Shown here: in pieces, positions 1 to 9,007 of the stretch
How positions within the stretch are numbered: position 1 is the stretch's first letter
Layout: each line of letters begins with the position of its first letter
From: a virus
Lineage: Duplodnaviria > Caudoviricetes
Virus record (IMG/VR): IMGVR_UViG_3300024232_000062
Span: 1-27,607 of that record
Reading direction: 5' to 3' (one strand)
Length of the DNA: 27,607 bases
Position numbers and translations under genes: made by a program
The notes under the pieces: model-generated
Database searches by the model: none
What the model was told of the DNA's origin: nothing
Seen by the model: only the letters and a program-made list of their open reading frames with translations

Positions 1-2
1 AT

Positions 3-290
3 CCCAACGTTGTCCAGCTTCTAGCCGAACACGTTGATAATACTGCCGACGTTCTCTATCACTTAGCTAAGAACCGAGACAAGCTGTATAGGCTTGAATC
101 ATTAAGCTCTCACAATACTTCAGATGCAATCTACGAGATTAAACGTTTGGCTGATTCTATTAAGTCAAATGAGGAAAGCTCGCAGGCGAAACATCCTAAT
201 GCCCCATTATCTCAACAACGACCTTCTAACACCGGAACGGAATCAGGTTCCCTGTCTATGTCGGACTTAAAGAGAAAATATCGCGCATAG
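3..290 (+). CDS. Scaffolding protein, C-terminal part (5' truncated)
   Basis: Open frame 3..290 (PNVVQLLAEHVDNTADVLYHLAKN...MSDLKRKYRA*). It lies directly upstream of the coat gene and ends in a basic helix, as scaffolds do. Not in the ORF track. Confidence 0.7.
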   Translation, partial: PNVVQLLAEHVDNTADVLYHLAKNRDKLYRLESLSSHNTSDAIYEIKRLADSIKSNEESSQAKHPNAPLSQQRPSNTGTESGSLSMSDLKRKYRA

Positions 291-301
291 TACGCCCCTG
301 A

Positions 302-332
302 TTCCTAACTTCAAAGGACTAAAAGTTAGGAG
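302..332 (+). promoter_or_regulatory. Hairpin covering the coat gene Shine-Dalgarno
   Basis: TTCCTAACTT (302-311) pairs with AAGTTAGGAG (323-332), which contains the AGGAG RBS 8 nt before ATG 341. Confidence 0.5.
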
Positions 333-340
333 TAATTAAC

Positions 341-1657
341 ATGGCTGTTTTCCCAACAAATATTTTGCAACAGGTGCAAACATACCAACGTTCTGGTCTT
401 GCTCTGTTACAGAACTTATGCTGTCACATCAGTACGTTTAATACAAAGTTCAAGGACTTTGACAAGATACAAGCAAACTTAGGCTCTGTAGTGACCTTCG
501 ATTTGCCACCACGATTTACGACTACCGCAGGACTTGTGGCCGCTTTCCAGCCAGCAGTTCAACGTGTTCAGTCTTTAGCGTGTGACCAAGCGAACAACAC
601 ATCCTTCGCTGTTACTTCACAACAACGTATCTTCAACTTGGAAAAAGGCGAAGAGGACTATATGAGAGTATTTGGTAAGTCTGCTATTGCAGAACTTGCA
701 GCTCTTGTTGAAGGTAACATCGCTCTAAACTGGGACTCAGGTGTTGTTTCTCAATTAGATGGAACCACTAATACATTCTCAGGCCCATATCGTTTCTATG
801 GTAATGGTTCTACTGCAATCAGCTCGTACCAACAATTAGCGCAAGCCATTATGTTCTTCAAGAACTACGGCTCTGTAGCTGAAGGTATTAAGGTCTACTT
901 GCCTGATACTGTAGTTCCTGCTGTTGTAGGTAACGGTCTTAACCAATTCGTTCCTCATCGTAACGATGAAATTGCAATGAGTTGGGAAGTTGGGGATTTC
1001 GGTACTCCATTAGTAAGCTACTACCAGTCAAACTTAATGCCAATCCATGTATCAGGTAACTCTGGCGTGAATCAGCAAACATTGACTGTTGTGTCTACTA
1101 ACGACCCAACTGGCCAAAACGTAACACAAATTACCTTCAGTGGTGCTGGTACAAGCGATGCAAGCTCTGTGTTTGCTGGTGACTTGTTCCAATTCCAAGA
1201 TGGCGTAAGTGGTCAACCTAACATGCGGTACTTGACCTTCATTGGTCACTTCCCAAGTGCTAACCCTGTTCAATTTAGAGCGGTTGCAAATGCTGCTTCT
1301 AACAGTGCTGGTGTTGTAACAATCAACATTACTCCTGCATTGAACTGGGCTGGTGGACAAAACCAAAACCTAAACAACCCAATCGTTGCGGGCATGCAAG
1401 TCCTTGGACTTCCATCACACCGTTGCGGCGGTATTTTAGGTGGTGACGCTGCTTACTTGGCTATGCCTCAATTGCCAGAACAAAGCCCATACCCAACTGC
1501 TAATGAGTACGATGATGACACAGGTGCTTCATTACGGCTGACTTATGGTTCTCTGTTCGGTCAAAACCAAACAGGCATGATCTATGACGAAACCCATGGT
1601 TCAGTAATCGTTCCCGAGTACTCCATGCGTTATGTCATTCCATTGTCACAAGGTTAA
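341..1657 (+). CDS. Major capsid protein, P22 gp5-like
   Basis: 438 aa with a strong RBS. It has P22-coat-like segments (GSVVTFDLPPRF) and an I-domain-like insertion (AGDLFQF...QFRAVANAASNSAGVVTINITPAL), and it follows the scaffold. Confidence 0.88.
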   Translation: MAVFPTNILQQVQTYQRSGLALLQNLCCHISTFNTKFKDFDKIQANLGSVVTFDLPPRFTTTAGLVAAFQPAVQRVQSLACDQANNTSFAVTSQQRIFNLEKGEEDYMRVFGKSAIAELAALVEGNIALNWDSGVVSQLDGTTNTFSGPYRFYGNGSTAISSYQQLAQAIMFFKNYGSVAEGIKVYLPDTVVPAVVGNGLNQFVPHRNDEIAMSWEVGDFGTPLVSYYQSNLMPIHVSGNSGVNQQTLTVVSTNDPTGQNVTQITFSGAGTSDASSVFAGDLFQFQDGVSGQPNMRYLTFIGHFPSANPVQFRAVANAASNSAGVVTINITPALNWAGGQNQNLNNPIVAGMQVLGLPSHRCGGILGGDAAYLAMPQLPEQSPYPTANEYDDDTGASLRLTYGSLFGQNQTGMIYDETHGSVIVPEYSMRYVIPLSQG

Positions 1658-1662
1658 TTGGC

Positions 1663-1686
1663 AATTCCCCCGATTTCGGGGGAATT
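1663..1686. terminator. Strong GC-rich hairpin after the coat gene (terminator or mRNA stabiliser)
   Basis: AATTCCCCCGA-TT-TCGGGGGAATT is a perfect 11-bp inverted repeat. There is no clear U-tract. Confidence 0.5.
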
Positions 1687-1715
1687 AAATCAATCATTAA
1701 TTGAGGATATAGAAA

Positions 1716-2582
1716 ATGGCTAACCCACAAATCCAAAATGAAACGATATACGCATTGCCTCATTTATACATACAAGGCTTGCAATTATCGGCTGCTACCC
1801 CATTGGCTGCTACCGTTGTTGCTATAGCTCCTGGGGCTGCTCGTGATTCTTCCAACAGCATTGATATGGTTGTTGGACTTCAAAACTACTTTGGTATTGA
1901 TAATCCTGCGCAGTTGTTTAATGGGTATCAACCTGGTTTGTTTGTTAACTCTGCTGTAAACGGTGCCAATGGACTTGATACTGGAACTGTAGCTGCAAGC
2001 ACTCAGTACGCATTTTATTTAATTGGCGATTCTCGCAATTACAACAATGCTGCTGGCTTGATGAGTTTAACATCCAACCAAGCTCCCTTACTGCCATCTG
2101 GTTATGATTCATACCGATTGATTGGTTTTTGGCAAACTGACGGTTCAAGTAACTTTGTTTACGCAACCCACAAGCCACAAAACATAGCTGGACTTCTGAC
2201 GTACTTTAACTCTCCTGCGGTTTCTGTACTTTCAGGTGGTACTGCTACCAGTTTCACTGCAATCGATTTGACCACTAACTCTGCAATCCCTACTACAACT
2301 CTTCCAAACGTGATTGTAACTTTGCTTGTTACCTTCACACCGGCGGCAGTTGGGGACGCTGTACAGTTTAGACCTACTGGTTCTTCTGCAACTGGAAACC
2401 TTCCAACCATTACAGGTGCTGTGGCTGGTATTGCTCAGTCTCAGTACATTCAAATGATTGCTGGTGTCGGTTCATCTAAACCTGAAATTGACTACAAAGT
2501 TAGCTCAGGAAGTGATGCAGTCAGCGTATCAGTTGTTGAATGGGCAGGTGTATCTAACAGTGCTTATCCTGCGTTAGTGTAA
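1716..2582 (+). CDS. Virion structural protein, probable head decoration or fibre
   Basis: Follows the coat gene and is rich in Ala/Ser/Thr/Gly. It carries the GLDTGTVAASTQY...LPSGYDSYRLIG motif recalled from phage fibre domains. Confidence 0.55.
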   Translation: MANPQIQNETIYALPHLYIQGLQLSAATPLAATVVAIAPGAARDSSNSIDMVVGLQNYFGIDNPAQLFNGYQPGLFVNSAVNGANGLDTGTVAASTQYAFYLIGDSRNYNNAAGLMSLTSNQAPLLPSGYDSYRLIGFWQTDGSSNFVYATHKPQNIAGLLTYFNSPAVSVLSGGTATSFTAIDLTTNSAIPTTTLPNVIVTLLVTFTPAAVGDAVQFRPTGSSATGNLPTITGAVAGIAQSQYIQMIAGVGSSKPEIDYKVSSGSDAVSVSVVEWAGVSNSAYPALV

Positions 2583-2604
2583 TAAAACATAGGAGTGGGT
2601 AATT

Positions 2605-3387
2605 ATGGCCTACCTAGCAGAACAGTTAATTACTCGCTCCTGGTTTCTTTCTGGCATTGTTGCCAGAAACCTCCAGACGCCAACGGGTGATCAAATCTAT
2701 GATGGGTTACAAATGCTCAATGATTTGCTTAATTTTAAGCAGATTGAGACAGACTTAATCCCGTATTGGCAATACATTACATTCAATGCCGTGCCTCAGC
2801 AGGAGTTTTATTTTCTTCCCAACGTGGCAGCCATTGAATCATCAACATTTAATATCAATGTTGTGCGCTACCCCATGGTATCAACCAGCCGAAGCAACTA
2901 CTTTGGCTCATCACGTGTTGATAACATATACACATTGCCCTTTTCTTGGAACTATGAGCGTGGTGTTGGTGGTGGTACATACGGTATGTACTTCATTCCA
3001 GACCAGCCATACCCTATCAAGATGAAAGCCAAGATATTCTTGGTTGATGTGAGCTTAACAACTGATTTGCAGGATGTGACCACCTCATTCACAAATCCAT
3101 ATAACATCCCAAACTATACGGCCTATAGCTTCATTAATAACAACATTCAAGGCTATGACACATCGTATATCGAGTATTTGCGGTACGCGCTGGCACGCTA
3201 TATGTGCTCAGAGTACGGAATTATATTCAATCCAGAATCAGAGAAAATATTCCAATCCATGGCACGCAAACTAATGTATATGGATCCACCCGATTTAACA
3301 GGGAAAAAACTATCCATCCTGTACGCCGATTCAAATCCTGGCTACAACTGGGGAGATGTCAATATCGGTCACGGATGGAGACCATAG
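2605..3387 (+). CDS. Head-tail adaptor, P22 gp4-like
   Basis: N-terminal helix (AEQLITRSWFLSGIV...DGLQMLNDLL) and C-terminal YLRYALARYMCSEYG, typical of gp4-like adaptors. Synteny and an AGGAG RBS agree. Confidence 0.72.
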   Translation: MAYLAEQLITRSWFLSGIVARNLQTPTGDQIYDGLQMLNDLLNFKQIETDLIPYWQYITFNAVPQQEFYFLPNVAAIESSTFNINVVRYPMVSTSRSNYFGSSRVDNIYTLPFSWNYERGVGGGTYGMYFIPDQPYPIKMKAKIFLVDVSLTTDLQDVTTSFTNPYNIPNYTAYSFINNNIQGYDTSYIEYLRYALARYMCSEYGIIFNPESEKIFQSMARKLMYMDPPDLTGKKLSILYADSNPGYNWGDVNIGHGWRP

Positions 3388-3388
3388 A

Positions 3389-3583
3389 ATGGAAGATAAA
3401 GAAGATTTGACAGCAAGCGATTTATTATTGGAGTCACGACTTACAAAGGTCGAGACTCAAACACAAAACATTGATAAAGATTTACAAGAAATTAAGAAGT
3501 CAATCCGATGGTTAACAGGGCTCATATTCAGTCTTAATACGACCATTATAGGGATTTTAACAAAAGGATTTGGCGCATTATGA
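3389..3583 (+). CDS. Small coiled-coil protein with C-terminal TM helix (XhlA-like)
   Basis: GGAG RBS at 3377-3380 before ATG 3389. RLTKVE...IDKDLQEIKKSIRW is followed by a hydrophobic helix. Confidence 0.55.
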   Translation: MEDKEDLTASDLLLESRLTKVETQTQNIDKDLQEIKKSIRWLTGLIFSLNTTIIGILTKGFGAL

Positions 3584-5271
3584 TAACCCGTGGCAAGAAC
3601 TTTAAAGAGTTTCCTCTAAACATTGTAGGCTCAAGCACCTTTGGTCGCTATCCAAAGATAAGCATTGAGAAAACCTACAATATGTTTATGTCAGACTCTT
3701 TCATGGTTCCTTATGCTGGCTATCAAATAGGCGTTCCATCCGAGCAATTTAATGATGCAACCCAAGGTCGTGCCATATTCACCAGCACCAAATTTGATGC
3801 GCTGGTGGTTGTCATGGGAAGCAATGTGTACCTTGTAAACATTACATTCTCCCAGCAACAACAAAAAGTGACCCATTACCAAGTTATTCGTATTGGCTCA
3901 TTGCAAACGACTACGGGAGTTGTGTATATTGCTGAAAATAATAAACCTCAGATAGGGATTTCTGACGGTACGGCGTTTTACATCTACGACCCCACATTAT
4001 CCCCAAGCTTCCAAGCCATACCCATTGATTTCGTTCCAGGCTATCTAACATTCCACGATACCTATTTTATCATGCCGGCAGTAGGAACAAACACCTGGCG
4101 CTTGTCTGGGAACAATGACGGGACTACATGGCCTAACAATCAATTCAGTGTAGGTGCGCTTCAAACAAAACCAGATAATGTTCAAGTAGTGGTGCGATTC
4201 CCATCAAAAGGTAATATGATTTTTGTAATGGGTAGCATTGTAACGGAGGCATGGTTTGACACTGGAGCTCAGCTATTCCCTTATCAAAGGAATAACCAAT
4301 TCAACATCGATTATGGCTGTCTTCAGCCTGCTACTGTTGCTTACATGGATGAGTTTGTGGTGTGGCTTGCGCAGAATGAGAAGAGTGGCCCAATTATTGT
4401 ATATTCAGATGGTGGAATGCCTAAAAAGATTACTACAGACGGCATTGACTATCTATTCTCGACCCTGCAAAACCCTCAAGACTCTCAAGGCTTTTTATAC
4501 AGGCAAGATGGTCATTTGTTTTATCATATTAACTTCTATAGTGATAATTTGTCTTTGTTTTACGACTTCAATACTGAGAAGTTCTACCATGCCTCAGACC
4601 AAAACCTTAACTATTTCATTGCATCAGAAGTAGCTTTTGTTAATAACCAATATTATTTTGTGACAAAGAACAATGGAAATATTTTCGCTTTTGATACTGT
4701 ATTTACCACATATCAAGATGTGGACAGTCTGGGTAATGTCACGAATAATGAAATACCGCGCATCAGAATTTGCAAAAACATCAGAACACCTGAGCAAGAT
4801 TATTCAATCATCAACGATTTAGGTTTTACGATTGAATCTGGTGAGACAAACTACCAGCAACAAGACTTAGGTGAGATTATTCTCGTTACCCAAAGTGGCA
4901 ATCCATTAATCACTCAAGGTGGTTTTGCAGGTCTTGTAACGCAAGATTTAAAGCAACTTATTACCCAAGATGCTATGGAGCTTGTGACTCAGCAGACAAG
5001 TTCAGCCTCATCGGCACTACTTATTGCTCAGCAAAGAGCCAATACGGGAATCACGAATTTATCGCTTCCTCATGTGGACTTATCCATATCCACTGACGGA
5101 GGAGCAACCTTTGGTAATGAATGGGCATATTATCTGCCACCAATAGGTCATAGAAAGAACCGATTAATGTGGTGGCAATGTGGTATTGCTAATGATTTGG
5201 TACCACAATTTAAATTCTGGGGTATGGGACGATTTGTAGCAACCGATGGCGTTGCCAATGTGAGGTCATGA
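3580..5271 (+). CDS. Tail hub / DNA stabilisation protein, P22 gp10-like
   Basis: 563 aa, beta-rich. Motifs include DGTAFYIYD, IDYGCLQP, QDGHLFY and a C-terminal LSISTDGGATFGNE...G...RLMW. Synteny agrees. Confidence 0.82.
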   Translation: MITRGKNFKEFPLNIVGSSTFGRYPKISIEKTYNMFMSDSFMVPYAGYQIGVPSEQFNDATQGRAIFTSTKFDALVVVMGSNVYLVNITFSQQQQKVTHYQVIRIGSLQTTTGVVYIAENNKPQIGISDGTAFYIYDPTLSPSFQAIPIDFVPGYLTFHDTYFIMPAVGTNTWRLSGNNDGTTWPNNQFSVGALQTKPDNVQVVVRFPSKGNMIFVMGSIVTEAWFDTGAQLFPYQRNNQFNIDYGCLQPATVAYMDEFVVWLAQNEKSGPIIVYSDGGMPKKITTDGIDYLFSTLQNPQDSQGFLYRQDGHLFYHINFYSDNLSLFYDFNTEKFYHASDQNLNYFIASEVAFVNNQYYFVTKNNGNIFAFDTVFTTYQDVDSLGNVTNNEIPRIRICKNIRTPEQDYSIINDLGFTIESGETNYQQQDLGEIILVTQSGNPLITQGGFAGLVTQDLKQLITQDAMELVTQQTSSASSALLIAQQRANTGITNLSLPHVDLSISTDGGATFGNEWAYYLPPIGHRKNRLMWWQCGIANDLVPQFKFWGMGRFVATDGVANVRS

Positions 5272-5639
5272 TGACAACACCAAATAATCCACAATCGATA
5301 TTCCCAGATTTACCAAGAGAAACCCCTGCAATCGATAAGGATGGGAATTTCTCAGGGCTTTGGAGTCTTGGATTGTCATCGCTGTTCCAAGCATTGCAAA
5401 GGAATTTTAAGAACGAAGGGATTGTGTTTCCAAACCTCAATGCGACCGATATCGCAGATATCCAATCATTGTACACACCTTTCGTAGGGTTGCCTTTACC
5501 GAGTAATCTACCGGATATAAGTGGTCAAACTGTGTTCGATTCCACTAACAGGGTATCAAAACAATTTGTAATCACTTATGATGGAGCTACGCCACCAAAC
5601 ATTGTAACGGCGCAGTGGAGGCAGTTTGTTTATTTATGA
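5268..5639 (+). CDS. Hypothetical virion protein (tail needle/plug position)
   Basis: Coupled to the gp10-like gene and located between the hub and the ejection genes. Confidence 0.5.
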   Translation: MMTTPNNPQSIFPDLPRETPAIDKDGNFSGLWSLGLSSLFQALQRNFKNEGIVFPNLNATDIADIQSLYTPFVGLPLPSNLPDISGQTVFDSTNRVSKQFVITYDGATPPNIVTAQWRQFVYL

Positions 5640-5653
5640 TTTAAGGATGAATC

Positions 5654-6238
5654 ATGAGCTGGTTAAGCGATTTTTTCAAAGGCGGTAAAAATCCCGCAGA
5701 TGCGGCTATGCCGTATCTCAATCAAATTCCTGGACAGGCCAGTCCTTATCTTGATCCCTTTTTTCAGGCAGGTAAAGGCGCATTAAATCCATTGCAGGAA
5801 CAATACAAGAATCTACTTGGAGACCCAGGTGGCTTCATGAACAAGATTGGTGGTTCCTATCAACAATCACCAGGCTTTAAATCAGCCATGGAGCAAGCGT
5901 TGACTGCCGGCAATCACGCAGCTGCGGCAGGTGGTATGGCGGGAACTCCTCAAAGTCAATTCCAGCAAATGCAAATGGCAACAGGGCTTGCAAACCAAGA
6001 TTATAACAATTGGATGCAAAATGCACTAGGATTGTACGGACAAGGTTTAACAGGTGAGCAAGGGATGGCAGGAATGGGACAGCAAGCAGGACAAAGCTTG
6101 TCTGATTTAATTTCCCAAACTCTAGCGCAGCAAGGAAACTTAGCGTTCCAAGGCTCAAGACAACAAAACCAAAATAAAAACGACCTGTGGGGCAATATAT
6201 TTAAAGGCGCTGGCAGTTTATTTGGCGCATTTATGTAA
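5654..6238 (+). CDS. DNA ejection (pilot) protein, P22 gp7-like
   Basis: Rich in G/A/Q/M, with PYLDPFFQAG and YQQSPGFK...AAAAGG motifs. First of three ejection genes. Confidence 0.72.
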   Translation: MSWLSDFFKGGKNPADAAMPYLNQIPGQASPYLDPFFQAGKGALNPLQEQYKNLLGDPGGFMNKIGGSYQQSPGFKSAMEQALTAGNHAAAAGGMAGTPQSQFQQMQMATGLANQDYNNWMQNALGLYGQGLTGEQGMAGMGQQAGQSLSDLISQTLAQQGNLAFQGSRQQNQNKNDLWGNIFKGAGSLFGAFM

Positions 6239-6254
6239 GGATAGGGAGTAGAAG

Positions 6255-7526
6255 ATGACTTTTACATTCACAAATTATGCAGGAATTGAGCCACAAGCCT
6301 CTCCCTTTCAAGACATCATTGGTAAAATATTGGGTGGCTACACCGATACTACTAAAGCTAAATATTTGAAGCCTACACTTGAAGAAGAGCTACAAAAGGC
6401 TAAGCTATTTAATAAATACTATGCCCCAGATATGGAATCACAGATTGGATTGCGTCACGCACAAACTGGAGAAGCGGGAGCAAGAACTGGATTACTTGGC
6501 GAGCAAACTAAAGGCGCTCACCTAGAGAATCAATACTTACCCGAAAAAATGAGAGCTCAGATTGACCATCTAAAGGCTCAAGCCGAACAGGCACGATTAA
6601 TGCAAATGGTCAGAGAACAGTTGATTGGTGGAGGTCTGGGTGGCCAACAAGGTCAAGCCGCACAAGGAGGTTCTCCAATGTCCCTATTTGGCGGACAAGG
6701 CATGCCTGCGCCACAACAGATGCAACAACCACAACAACAACCAATGCAACAGCCTGATATGCAAGCTCAACCACAGCATAATCAAATGGGTGGCATGGAT
6801 TACAGCAAAGCCGCAACGCTCATGCAGATGCTTGGCTTGGGTAAGCCGCATGTTGTTGATGCAAACGGTCGATACGTTGCAATCACACCCTTTGGTAATA
6901 TTGATACAGGTGTTTCTGGATTAAGTGCTCGTGACCAACAATTATCCAAAGAAGATGCTAAAAAGATTTCTACGCTTGAAAATCAAGCCTTGAGTGGGTA
7001 TCAAAAGCAAGAAACCTTTGATGAGTTAAATAAAGACTTAGGAAGTGAAGCGTTTGAGGCTATCAGACAACACCCCGAACTAGGACGCCATGAGCTTGCC
7101 TGGTTTGAAAAGTTTGGTACCAAAGAACAACAAGAGATGATAGGTCGCATGAGGACTCACATGGGTAACATCATCAAAGACAGCTCACGCGACTTTGCTG
7201 GCCAATTCAGAGTAGGCGAACAAGCGCTGCTTAACAATATGAAACCTAGCGAAAGTGACAGCTTAAGCACTATGAAAGGTAAAGCAGAAGCCTTGACCTA
7301 CATGAATCAATTGTTAACAAAACGCTCTGAATTAGAAGCAGATTTAATGCGTAATTACAACATGTCAGCATTGCAAGCTCGGGTTGCTGCCAATAAAGAA
7401 ATCGATCCCAAAGAGATTAAAAAAGAAATTAAAACTATTTTACATCCTGCTAGTAAATCGCAAATTACAGCAGAACAAGCACGCGAAGAACTAGCTAGAC
7501 GCAGAGCAGCAAGGGGATCGCAATGA
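6255..7526 (+). CDS. DNA ejection protein (gp20 position)
   Basis: Helical composition with a Q/M/P-rich low-complexity linker. Synteny agrees. Confidence 0.6.
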   Translation: MTFTFTNYAGIEPQASPFQDIIGKILGGYTDTTKAKYLKPTLEEELQKAKLFNKYYAPDMESQIGLRHAQTGEAGARTGLLGEQTKGAHLENQYLPEKMRAQIDHLKAQAEQARLMQMVREQLIGGGLGGQQGQAAQGGSPMSLFGGQGMPAPQQMQQPQQQPMQQPDMQAQPQHNQMGGMDYSKAATLMQMLGLGKPHVVDANGRYVAITPFGNIDTGVSGLSARDQQLSKEDAKKISTLENQALSGYQKQETFDELNKDLGSEAFEAIRQHPELGRHELAWFEKFGTKEQQEMIGRMRTHMGNIIKDSSRDFAGQFRVGEQALLNNMKPSESDSLSTMKGKAEALTYMNQLLTKRSELEADLMRNYNMSALQARVAANKEIDPKEIKKEIKTILHPASKSQITAEQAREELARRRAARGSQ

Positions 7527-8767
7527 CAGATTATTCCAAATATTCTGATGAAGAACTTGAGCGAATAGCTAACGGCAGTGTAAATACAGCTCCTAAAGAA
7601 GAAGAGCCAGGTTTTTTTAAAAAGCTTGGAAGAGGATATTTAAACTATGCTGGTGGTGCTTTACGAGGAATGGGACAGGCTGTAGGTGATTTAGGTGCTT
7701 CTGCTCTCAATGCGCCTATTTCAGGTCTGGAATATCTCTCTGGCCATAAAATACCGCACGTGCCTCATCCTCATCTTATCAATGAACATCCTGGCTCTTT
7801 AGGTGAATCTGTTGGTCAAACACTTGGACAGCTTACAGGAGGCTTTGCACTTCCTGGTGGAGCTGGAGTAAAGGCGGCTCAATTAGCTGGCAAAGGTTAT
7901 TCAGCATTACGTGCCGGCAAAGAATTGCCACTCATCGGCAAATTATTGGCAGGTAGCATGGGTGGAGCTGCGGAAGGCGCTTTAGGTAATGAAGAGAATA
8001 GAACCCTGGGTGCTGAGCTTGGAGGATTACTAGGTGGTGCTGGACAAGGTGTCTCATCAGCTGTAAATCTTGCAAAGAACGTGCGCTCTAAAAACATTGC
8101 CCAACACGTATCAGATGAAGTAGCACGCATGAATCAGCATTTCAATAATCGATTCGAAGGTGCGCTACAAGCAGGTGAAGAAGCTGGCGCTAATAAATTC
8201 TTAAAAGGTGAAAAAGCTAACCTTCAGCTCCTTAAGAAAGAAGGTAACGCAAAACATGTTTATGCTCTGGAAAAGTTCAATGAGAACCCAACGCTTAAAA
8301 ATGCTCATGAGGCGCAACGAGACCTAGCAAAAATTGAACGCAAATACAAAAACAGCCAAGATAATAAACTTGAATCGGATATTTATAAAGCGGCGCTGAA
8401 GAGCAAAAACAGACTTTTAATGAAGATTTCAGAAGCATTTGAAAAATCAGGAGCCAAAGAGCATGGAGATATCTATCACAATGCCCGTGGTGAATATTTA
8501 ACTGAGGCCGTCCCTTATCTTGAGAGCCCAGCCATACAAGGACTTTTGGGAAGAAACAAAGCGGGTGCTCAGACTGTACGTCCTAAAGAATTTGCTGACA
8601 AACTTTTAAAAGAAGAAGAGTTTTTAGCAAGAGCAGGACAAAGACATCCTGGACTATTGAAAAGAGAAAAAGTAAAGAAAATAACTAAACATCCTTTGGC
8701 TCATCTAGGAGCAGGAGTAGCGATTGGCACTCTACCCTACGAGATAAGAAAGCTATTAGGACATTAA
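7523..8767 (+). CDS. DNA ejection protein (gp16 position)
   Basis: N-terminal DYSKYSDEELERIA, Gly/Ala-rich membrane-inserting segments and a basic helical C-terminus. Confidence 0.6.
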   Translation: MTDYSKYSDEELERIANGSVNTAPKEEEPGFFKKLGRGYLNYAGGALRGMGQAVGDLGASALNAPISGLEYLSGHKIPHVPHPHLINEHPGSLGESVGQTLGQLTGGFALPGGAGVKAAQLAGKGYSALRAGKELPLIGKLLAGSMGGAAEGALGNEENRTLGAELGGLLGGAGQGVSSAVNLAKNVRSKNIAQHVSDEVARMNQHFNNRFEGALQAGEEAGANKFLKGEKANLQLLKKEGNAKHVYALEKFNENPTLKNAHEAQRDLAKIERKYKNSQDNKLESDIYKAALKSKNRLLMKISEAFEKSGAKEHGDIYHNARGEYLTEAVPYLESPAIQGLLGRNKAGAQTVRPKEFADKLLKEEEFLARAGQRHPGLLKREKVKKITKHPLAHLGAGVAIGTLPYEIRKLLGH

Positions 8768-8770
8768 TTG

Positions 8771-8799
8771 TTTACAAATTACCCATTTGATAATATTAT
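8771..8799 (+). promoter_or_regulatory. Putative sigma70 promoter of the moron
   Basis: TTTACA-17 nt-TATTAT in an AT-rich stretch. Confidence 0.4.
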
Positions 8800-8821
8800 A
8801 AGCATTTTTGTGAGGTTGACA

Positions 8822-8974
8822 ATGGTCTTGATAATATGTATAGCAATAATTGCTTTTGTTTGCTGGGGATGGGAAAGTAATATTGAATCTGCTGTAATGG
8901 ATAAGGTAGACGCTAGATTAAAAGAATTTAAAGAAAAAGATGATCCATATCAGTATTGGGATAATCTTTGGTAG
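8822..8974 (+). CDS. Small single-pass membrane protein (moron-like)
   Basis: GAGG at 8812-8815 before ATG 8822 (track start 8768 is a TTG). Hydrophobic N-terminus, acidic/aromatic tail, AT-rich DNA. Confidence 0.5.
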   Translation: MVLIICIAIIAFVCWGWESNIESAVMDKVDARLKEFKEKDDPYQYWDNLW

Positions 8975-9007
8975 TGTAAAATACAGAAAAATAAGCTAAG
9001 GACAGCT

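Noticed and set aside
6690-6790. CAA/CAG-rich repeat
   Set aside because: Explained by the Q/P/M-rich linker of the ejection protein.
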